DNA from: Trichomonas gallinae
Lineage: Eukaryota
Direction: 5' to 3'
DNA length: 21,510 nt
Assembly: GCA_008369845.1 (NCBI GenBank)
Contig: MRSU01010312.1
Location: 62,001 to 83,510, forward strand
The stretch's first letter is position 1; each line of letters opens with the position of its first letter. Below are positions 1 to 8,735 of this stretch, piece by piece. The notes under the pieces are model-generated. The model was not told the origin of the DNA. It saw only the letters and a list, made by a program, of their open reading frames with translations, and made no database searches. The position numbers and the translations under genes are program-made.

Positions 1-504
1 AACACTATTCGTAATATGATGTTTTTATATCATTTATAATGTGTTCATATCGTATATTGTCAGTATGCAAATGTAGCACTTTAAAATAATTCATTTTCTC
101 GATGTGAAATTATCAATAGGAATTCATAAGATGATTAAACTTCGGTACTATTATTGTATGTTTTATACTTTTGTCTAAAATCCATAATCATATGAATTAA
201 TATTATATTTAAGAAATATTAAGGCTATTTTTGAAAGGAAGCCTTAAAAATGTGGATGAGAAGCTATCTATCTAATACGTCGTCCATAGAGCTAAAATAT
301 GAAATAAAATTTACTCAAAATAACCTTAAAATTACCCAGAAACCATAAAAAATGGCATTGTTTCTTAAACGTGTTGTATTTTAAAATCAACCACATTGTA
401 ATTCAAAAGCTAAACCGATTCTCTCAAAAAAAAAAAAAATTATGAAGACAGAAAAATGATTTGTTTTTTTTTTTTCAACTGGAGATAGAAATGTTTAATG
501 CTTG

Positions 505-3500
505 ATGTTTCTCTTGAATGCCGCCCATCATGATTGGAAGACCTATTATGGTAATACTAGAATTGACCGAGATATTACCGGAAATGTTAGAGATAAAGAA
601 ATTTATCTATCTACAAATGAACCTATAGGATTATATGTCCATCAATGTTATATCTACAACGTCAAATATGCTTTTGATATTCGTCCTGATTTTAAGAAAA
701 CTATGTCTTATGCGAGGAATGTCTTATGCGAGGAATGCAATGTAGTAAAATGTGAATTATTTATTATTGGAAATTTTGGTAATCTAGTCCTTAAAAGAAT
801 CTGTGGTAATAATTTAATGGATTTTGTTGCTTATTATGGAGAGGAAAATGATAAAAGAGAAATTACCGAATGTTCCGCTCAAAATGATGTAACGAGAATG
901 TTTTTAACAATTACAAACGGAGAAATTAATATTGATCACCTCAACTGTTCATATTTCAGAACTTGTCAGCGCATATTTTATATTAAAGCAGTAAAGACTT
1001 ATAAATTAGTTAGATATTGTAACTTTGCAGAAAACTTAGTGCAATATGGTATGATAGAATTTAATTCAGAAGCAAAAGGAGGTTTTTTTGTCCTTTATTG
1101 CAACTTTATCGGAAATAATGACTACTATTTTTATTCAAAAGTGTTCGTTGTTAATTCATCGATCTATTTCAGCAATTGCTCCTTTGTTAATAATAAAGGT
1201 CATCCAACATGTTGGGAAGTTAATAAATTCGATTCAGGGCAGAGCAAGCACACCTTAACATTTTTGAATTGTTATTTAAATGAAGCACCTGATAGCACCC
1301 AATGCAACTTGGAAATCATATCTCCTATTCAAACGCCATCAAAGAATGAAATCACTTTTGATCTTGGATTTTGCCAAAGTTGCAAAACAAATTGGTTCAC
1401 AATTAAGGTTGATCCACTTCAATATTCAACATATTCCAGTAATGGAACAATGAGATTATCAGGGGAAGTTAATTCTATGGATAATTATCGTATATGTTAC
1501 GCTATTGATGATAATTACTTTAATTATCTCTTCACTCAAGACGTGCAGGCTGGAGTAACATTTTCGCATGAAATTACACTTCCTCAACTTTCCGAAGGAA
1601 GTCATAAAATAAAGATATGGGCGGCCATAAAATTAACTCAAGTTACAATTACGATGCCTGAATTGTTCTTTGAAGTTGAAAATTTTCCACCATCAATAAC
1701 AGTTCAGTCAATAAGCGGCACATATAACAAACGAACAGATACAGTTATTAAAGTCTCGGGTACTGTTAGAGATCCAGATAGAATGGGTCCGATACAAATT
1801 TGGTACAAATATGATGGTCAATCAAGCGAATCAAAACTTTGTGAGGTTCAAATCGCTGATTCTAATTCAAAATCCTTCAGTGGAAATGCAAACATTCCTT
1901 CTTCACTGACTGTTGGATCACACACATTGATTATTTGGGCAGTCGACAACTATGGACTTCCATCAGGATCTAAAAGTCTTCCATTCCGTATTGATCCCTC
2001 TATTCCATCTTTAACTGTAAATGAAATCAAAAGCAAATATATCCGTAATATTGATTCAGTTATTTCAGTTACAGGCACTGTTAGTGATGCAGACCAAATT
2101 GGTCCAATTATAATCTGGGGAAAAATAGATCAGCAATCTGGAGTTAAAATTACCGAAGTTCAAATTAATGATGCAGGCGTAAAATCATTTAGTGGAACTT
2201 TCAGTATTCCACCAACATTATCTGCAACATCTCATACGTTATCAGTTTGGGCTGTTGACAACTACAATAAACAAACAGATCCAAAAATTCTTACATTCAC
2301 TTTCGAATACAACAAACCTGTCTTGAACTTGAATCAGATACAAAACCGTGTTTATCTGCGAGTAATCGATGCTATTCTTCAAGTTCGAGGTTCTGTGTCT
2401 GATGCTGATGCAGCAGGATATGTTACGATTAAATACAAGATTGATTCGAGTTCAGAAATTGATTTGCTAAGAATTGATATTACATCATCTGGCCAATTCT
2501 TTATATCTAAAGATATTACTTTAAGCAACAGTCTTGCACGAGGTTCTCATTCTATATCGTTCAGGGTAGTAGATAATGATGGTCTTTCAACAAGTTCTCA
2601 GCCATTTCCATTTTTCTATGAATATAACAAGCCTTCTATCAATTTAAATGCACTTAAAACAAATACATACATGAGAACTACAGACAAAATAGTTATTTCA
2701 GGTAATGTTGTGGATCAAGATGGATTTGGAACAGTAACAATTACATACAAATTTGATAATAGTAATGATAATAATTTGATAAATTTGGAAATTAAAAACA
2801 GAAATTCTCACCCATTTTCTAAAGAAGTAGCAATTCCATCCGATTTAAGTGAATCTAAACATACAATTACAATAAAATGCTTTGATAACGACAACATGAA
2901 TGCTGATCCGCAAGTTTTAGAATTCAATTATAAATATCATGACCCAGTTCTTGAAATTACTATGTCAAATAACATTGCATACACAAGAAATTCTAATGAT
3001 ATTATTCAGATTCGCGGCTCTGTTTATGATTATGACAGCCTTGGCCAAATATTTGTCAAATATAAAATCGATGGTGGCTCTTATACAACATTCCAAACAT
3101 TTTCTATAACAACACCAAACAAATATACAATTTCACATGATTTAAAGCTTAGTTCTTCTTTGACAGAAGGCAGTCATCATATTACAATCGTTGCAATTGA
3201 TAATGATAATCATGAATCGATGGAACATCTCATTGACTTCACATATAGCTACAGTGTTCCAATTCTTTCAGTCAACGCAATCACCGATAGAACATACACC
3301 AGGCGTACTGATAGTTCTATTGTTGTCAGCGGTTCTGTTAAAGATGTCGATTGTCAAGGAACAATTTATGTAAAGTATAAATTCGATAATCTTGCTGATC
3401 AACCACTTAAAACTATTACACTAAATACCTGCAACAATGTAGGTTTCTCTGAGACAGTAACTATTCCAGACCAATTATCTGAAGACAGGCACAAAATAAT

Positions 3501-4287
3501 TATTTTCTGTGTCGATGAAACCAACAAACAATCACAGCAATTTCCATTTTCCTTCTCTTTTGCATATAATCGTCCTGTCTTGCGTATTGACACAATAAAT
3601 CAGAACATTTTCACGAAATCTGTTGATAAATTTATCCACATAACTGGTGATGTTACTGATGCCGATGATATTGGAACTGTTCAAATATACATCAAAATTG
3701 ATAACTTCGATAATGTTGTCTTCAAAGAATATTCTAGTTCTATTGCTAAAGGCAATAAAATTGTCTATGATTTTGTTTTTCCACAAGATTTCAAAGAAGG
3801 AAGTCATACATTTAAAATCTGGGCAGAAGACAATGATAACAAAAAGTCTGAATTTGTTTATACTAAAATCTTTAGCTACAAATTTAATGACCCCAAGATT
3901 TCACTAAACAAGCTTGCAAGCACAAGATTTAAAGAATCACACCCACTCAAGATTGGAATAAGCGGAAAGGTTTCACATATCGATGGAAACCCGAAAGTTA
4001 CTTTAAGATATATATTCGATTCTCGCTCTCCAAAAGATGTTAAAACTTTGAAAATCCCTAATAACTCAACAGTAAACTTTGATGAAACTATATCTATCAT
4101 TGATGCTCCTCGTCATGGTACTCATACTTTGCTTTTAGATGCATGTGATTCATATAAACACTGTCATCAATCAAATGAAGTCAAGTTTTCTATTGTTATG
4201 ACGAATACGAAAGGCTTCATTCGTCTAATATTTGGCATTAACATCATCAAATGCTCTGGTATTTTCTTCATGAGGCCTTCATCCTGA
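505..4287 (+). CDS. Bap-like surface/secreted protein: N-terminal Cys-containing putative beta-helix domain plus nine ~100-aa Ig/cadherin-like repeats
   Basis: Uninterrupted ~1260-codon ORF. The first in-frame ATG is at 505; the track start at 502 is TTG. The repeat consensus is P-x-h-x-h...h-x-V/I-x-G-x-V-x-D-x-D...Y-K-h-D...L-x-E-G-x-H-x-h-x-h-x-A-x-D-N, typical of trichomonad Bap-like proteins. The head has spaced xxCNFxxN/NCSF motifs. Confidence 0.8.
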   Translation: MFLLNAAHHDWKTYYGNTRIDRDITGNVRDKEIYLSTNEPIGLYVHQCYIYNVKYAFDIRPDFKKTMSYARNVLCEECNVVKCELFIIGNFGNLVLKRICGNNLMDFVAYYGEENDKREITECSAQNDVTRMFLTITNGEINIDHLNCSYFRTCQRIFYIKAVKTYKLVRYCNFAENLVQYGMIEFNSEAKGGFFVLYCNFIGNNDYYFYSKVFVVNSSIYFSNCSFVNNKGHPTCWEVNKFDSGQSKHTLTFLNCYLNEAPDSTQCNLEIISPIQTPSKNEITFDLGFCQSCKTNWFTIKVDPLQYSTYSSNGTMRLSGEVNSMDNYRICYAIDDNYFNYLFTQDVQAGVTFSHEITLPQLSEGSHKIKIWAAIKLTQVTITMPELFFEVENFPPSITVQSISGTYNKRTDTVIKVSGTVRDPDRMGPIQIWYKYDGQSSESKLCEVQIADSNSKSFSGNANIPSSLTVGSHTLIIWAVDNYGLPSGSKSLPFRIDPSIPSLTVNEIKSKYIRNIDSVISVTGTVSDADQIGPIIIWGKIDQQSGVKITEVQINDAGVKSFSGTFSIPPTLSATSHTLSVWAVDNYNKQTDPKILTFTFEYNKPVLNLNQIQNRVYLRVIDAILQVRGSVSDADAAGYVTIKYKIDSSSEIDLLRIDITSSGQFFISKDITLSNSLARGSHSISFRVVDNDGLSTSSQPFPFFYEYNKPSINLNALKTNTYMRTTDKIVISGNVVDQDGFGTVTITYKFDNSNDNNLINLEIKNRNSHPFSKEVAIPSDLSESKHTITIKCFDNDNMNADPQVLEFNYKYHDPVLEITMSNNIAYTRNSNDIIQIRGSVYDYDSLGQIFVKYKIDGGSYTTFQTFSITTPNKYTISHDLKLSSSLTEGSHHITIVAIDNDNHESMEHLIDFTYSYSVPILSVNAITDRTYTRRTDSSIVVSGSVKDVDCQGTIYVKYKFDNLADQPLKTITLNTCNNVGFSETVTIPDQLSEDRHKIIIFCVDETNKQSQQFPFSFSFAYNRPVLRIDTINQNIFTKSVDKFIHITGDVTDADDIGTVQIYIKIDNFDNVVFKEYSSSIAKGNKIVYDFVFPQDFKEGSHTFKIWAEDNDNKKSEFVYTKIFSYKFNDPKISLNKLASTRFKESHPLKIGISGKVSHIDGNPKVTLRYIFDSRSPKDVKTLKIPNNSTVNFDETISIIDAPRHGTHTLLLDACDSYKHCHQSNEVKFSIVMTNTKGFIRLIFGINIIKCSGIFFMRPSS
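703..737 (+). repeat. Perfect 16-bp tandem duplication ATGTCTTATGCGAGGA x2 (+ATG) inside the Bap-like CDS
   Basis: 703-718 and 719-734 are identical and are followed by ATG at 735-737. Confidence 0.95.
1390..4197 (+). repeat. Array of nine diverged ~100-aa Ig/cadherin-like domains (protein-level repeat)
   Basis: Units begin at NWFTIKV, FPPSITV, SIPSLTV, KPVLNL, KPSINL, DPVLEI, VPILSV, RPVLRI and DPKISL. Each contains a G-x-V strand and an H-x-h-x-h strand. Confidence 0.85.
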
Positions 4288-5613
4288 TTAAAAAATTTCT
4301 TAGCGTGTAAAGATGTAATTAAACTGGTATTTTAGTAAAAATATGTCCGTATGAATATATATAGATAGTTTCTAAAATTATTTTGGTCTCAACATTAATA
4401 AAAACAATAAACTGTTATTTTCGAGATTTTGTTAATGTATATTAATGCATATGACATTATTAGAAGGATAATGAAGTTATTTTTGTTTGATTAGCATATA
4501 TTTGCCATCACATCATTCAAAAACTGTTGTCATGCGCAGAACGCGATTTTGATAAGAAAACACAAAATTAGCAAGTTATTTTGATGTGAAGACTGTTATT
4601 TAACCTATTCTATTGTTTAAATTATAATAGGTCAGCCGCGCTAACAAAAGTTGCGAAATCGTTTTTTCAAAAGTTTGAATTGGAAATCCCTAACTTCATA
4701 TTTGGATAGAGATACGTCTACACAGTTGAAATGCAACCGAAATAATCATTACATTCCAAAAAGCGATTTTTCGGTAAAGATGCGTAGAATCTACACTTTA
4801 TTGTTTGCTTTAATATGATTTTTGTGCAGCCTTCAGCACAGGAATGCTATATTTGTCTTGTTTTCTTAATTCTGCCAAAGTAAAAAATGACGAATTGTGA
4901 AAATTATTTTTTAAAAATAATCATGCAAAAATCGCTGGGAACTAGTTGTATATGTGTATAATTAGCAATTTCACATCTAAAGCATTGAAAATAGTTTCTT
5001 CAAAAGTGATGAATTAATTAAATTGGTTTAATTTCAAAAAATAATGGAGAACCTCATTAACTATAATGAGATATACATATATTTTTACAAAGAGCAGAAA
5101 AATTTAGTTTTGATATAATCAAACGTGCGGGGTTTTCCACATGTTCAGTTAACAAGATATACTATAGATGTACAAAAATTAACCATTTATATTTCAATAA
5201 ATTTTCAAAGGAAATAATTTAAACAAAATTTTGAAAAATATTATATAAATATCACCCAGATATATGTTTAAAGCATAATTTTTAGAATTTTTTTACGCTT
5301 CATGGAAATAAAAAATAATTCACAGTCAAAAATTTTCAATGAACCACGACTTATTGTTAACAATATTCGAATACCATGCTGTTATATTAGTAATTTTATA
5401 ATTATATTTAGTTTTTCTGAGAATGAAATTTAGGAAATTCGACTTTTCTTAGATATAATCTATTCGTGCATGTATATAGTCTTGATAACATGGTCTGTTT
5501 TAAGATGTAATAAAGAAAAAAGAAGAAATACCGAAATTATGATTTTTAACACAATCAACCATGATTATAATTAACAAATAATCCGAAACTGAGATTCAAA
5601 AACCCGCACAGCC

Positions 5614-6030
5614 TCAGTTAAGAAGCATCCTGATGTCGGTGATATCGACTTCGTATGGTTTCTGATAAACCTCATAATGTCTGGCGGCAGCAACACGAAC
5701 TGGAGCTGGATCAGAAGCACAAGGAAGATAGTGCTGGATTATGTCCCAGTTCTCTGTGAACCAACAGAAAAGAGCTTGTCTGTTTCTTGTTACTAACCTG
5801 TCGATCGGGATATTGAGGTACTCAGAAAGTCTGTTGGCCTGCTTAAGAAGGGCATAAGCAGTTACATTCTGACCGAATATATTGACAATGTAGTTAGCCA
5901 CGTACTGCAATTTAACACCAGCTGTTTCTATTCTCTTCATGATCTTTTCGTTATCTCTGATGGACTGAGCTGTTGTCCTCTTGCTCTCCTTGATGAGGCG
6001 TGGTGTTAGGATGCTGCGTTGGAAGCTCAT
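5614..6030 (-). CDS. Uncharacterised 138-aa protein of the trichomonad DRLxxR...LxCWFxENW family (candidate transcription regulator)
   Basis: ATG-started ORF, GC-richer than its flanks, with an Inr just upstream. It carries the motif IDRLVTRNRQALFCWFTENW (5746-5805) and ends in DIRMLLN. Confidence 0.8.
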   Translation of the reverse strand: MSFQRSILTPRLIKESKRTTAQSIRDNEKIMKRIETAGVKLQYVANYIVNIFGQNVTAYALLKQANRLSEYLNIPIDRLVTRNRQALFCWFTENWDIIQHYLPCASDPAPVRVAAARHYEVYQKPYEVDITDIRMLLN

Positions 6031-6036
6031 TATCTG

Positions 6037-6043
6037 AAAATGA
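6037..6043 (-). promoter_or_regulatory. Initiator (Inr) element TCATTTT of the 138-aa gene
   Basis: The minus strand reads ccTTCATTTTcagataATG. This matches the trichomonad TCA(Y)(T/A) Inr and lies 7-13 nt upstream of the ATG. Confidence 0.7.
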
Positions 6044-8735
6044 AGGATTTTGAATTGTTAATTCAATTATTCAAAAGAATTCTTTTGTGTCAACGTTAGT
6101 CTCAATTATATAATTAAATTCAAAGACATTTTTTTTAGACCGCCATTTATCATTGTGGTAAATGATAATAGCAAATAATCTCCAGGACTTTTCATAAAAT
6201 ACAAACAAAAATATAAACAAAATTAAGTTTGTTATTGTTAACTATATGTAGTGAGTACGAATAATGAAATTTTATTTTTCTTAAGTCACTGAAATTTTTT
6301 CAATCTAAAACAAAATCTTAGTTTATCAATATAAGTTGAGTAAATATTTATATTTATTACATATCAGTTTAAATTATAAGCAAATTAGAAAAATTAATTC
6401 AATTCAAAAACTGCTTGAAATTTGAGAAAAATCGATAAAATGTGAATTTTTTCAAAAGTCGATAATATATGTTTAATAAGTCCATTTCTGATGACAATTT
6501 GATCTCTGAATTAAATTAAGTCATTTTGAATGATATCTTTATTTTCAATATCAATAATTATATCCATAGATATAATATAGATAAAATGCATCGTTTAATT
6601 TTTATGTTGAAATAATTAACAAAGATATTTTCGATGGAGATATATATACAGCTTACATTTTTTAATGAAATAAAATGCTGGTAATTGAGTTATAGGATTT
6701 TGAATAAATCCTTTTCAAAAATTATCATTACTCAAAATTAAATGTTTTTATGATCAGCCAATTTCGTTATTCATTAAATATACATACTGTGTATGTTATT
6801 ATGTCCGATTTTAAAAAATCAACATTCAAAAAGTGATTTTCCTGTTTTTTTTTCTTTAAATATTATCTTATACTATGATATACTAAATTGTTAAATAATG
6901 TTTACATTTTTCAGAGATAATCGGAGAACTTGTTATCAAAAGTTCGTTGATTGATTTTTTTGACAACTAACCTTCATATATTTTTATTGCAGAACTATTT
7001 AATCATAAAAATTTATTCACAAAAAAAACGGTATAAAAAATCTGGTTTAATTTTTTTTTTTTTTACAGGAGCAAGAGTAGCTTCCACTTTACGACATAGC
7101 ATTTGAGATTTTAACAGTGAGTTAAAATGTATTATGAAAGTCCGTGATTGTCCGATATTTTAACAATTTTTGGTTTCTGAAATCATCAAATATGAAAAAT
7201 TACACTCTTTGCAAGATAATGTATTATGATATAGCCGACCAAGACTGCATAACTGATATAAAATATTGTGATTACCGATAAGGATCAAGAAAAATTGATT
7301 TGAAAATTGTAATTTATCGTGTTTATGCTATACAAATTCATAAATCCGACTCAACCGACTATGCATAGCCCTCTATGATGTATTCTGTTTTAAAATAATA
7401 ATTCTTTTTGATTCGTAGGGATTTAATTTAATGTATCTGCCATGCCACTGGTATTACAAATGAGAGAAAGGTCCATATATCTATGAATTAGATGATGCGA
7501 TAAGAAAAGCAGTGTTTTTTAATTTTACATATAAGGATTTTATATACAAATGTCAATATCGGATTGATTGCACGTGATTTTCATGTACTATAGTTAGTTA
7601 TGTCTTTATCTATGTGTGTCTATTGCATTTTCTGATTTAATTTTGAGATCGCATTTCGAATCAGGTATAATGGTTATTTAAAGCGTCATATAGATATAAA
7701 ATCAATAGAAATATGATTTTGCATCGAGAAAACTTGATATTTCTTATTATTTTTAAAATTTCAAAAATTTTAATTACGTTTTTTTTTTTTTTTTTGCAAC
7801 TCGCTATTTCATAAGTAGACGACTTTTATGATATGAAGTTTAATTTTATGGCAAACTATCGTTTTTATGTAATCGATTTATAAAGAAGAGTTTCGTCGAA
7901 ATTTTTCGATGAAAAGGCAAAGATGATATCTAAATATGATTAAGATGCTATATACCAAGTTAAAACGCGAAGAATCAACGCTCTCAAGCACGTTAGAAGT
8001 CAATTTTCTTAAGAAATTTCTGTCACTTTTTGACATATTTTCAATTTTATATTAGAATTCTATTGTTATGTAATATTACGGAAAATCCCAAAAATATTTT
8101 ATTAAAAGTGACACGAATCTCTGCTTCCTTGATCATAAAAATGATGTTTTAAATAAAATATTAGATACTGCCTTACTAAAGAATACTCATCAAATTTAAG
8201 TTAAAATAGGTAATAAATTTTCAAGTAATCAAATATGTATGATTTAAGTTTGATGCCTAGTTCTCACCATGGTCACCTTTTATAAAAGTCGCTCATTTTA
8301 TGACGGAACATTTTCATTACGACATTATAAGCATATATTTGTGTCTATTTCGTCTAAATATATAGAAATACATGGATATTTTAGAATAAACAAATGGTAT
8401 TGATTTATAAAATCTTATATTAAGCTTCAACTATATCTGATATCAATATGACAAACTATATATAGAATAAATTCAATTGTTATTAAGCATTATAAAGCAT
8501 TTTTTTGATTGAAATAAATTATTAGCATTTTTTGCGATAACCTCTTAACCATGGGTTATATTTGATTATCTATATTGAATTTTTAGGTTGTTCAGTTAAA
8601 ATCTTTGCAGGCAATAAGAAATTACAAATTTCCGATATTAATGTTAAGTCTAACTATATTCTGCTTGAGTAAAGGCTAAAGATGGATATTATTGATAACA
8701 TAAACTCAAATTTTATTGTTGCAAAAAATAATTAA

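Noticed and set aside
3191..4100. Short ORFs overlapping the Bap-like CDS
   Set aside because: They are short, nested within a well-supported CDS and carry no recognisable motifs.
426..7795. Homopolymer A/T runs near 426, 464, 7051 and 7778
   Set aside because: Such runs are common in AT-rich intergenic DNA. No target-site duplication or element body suggests retroposon tails.
7891..7914. Imperfect palindrome TTTCGTCGAAATTTTTCGATGAAA, plus 12-bp palindromes near 8005 and 19594
   Set aside because: Short AT-rich palindromes are expected by chance and have no supporting context.
7848..8055. Slightly coding-looking stretch in the spacer (possible pseudogene fragment)
   Set aside because: All + frames I read are interrupted within about 40 codons and I recognise no protein similarity.
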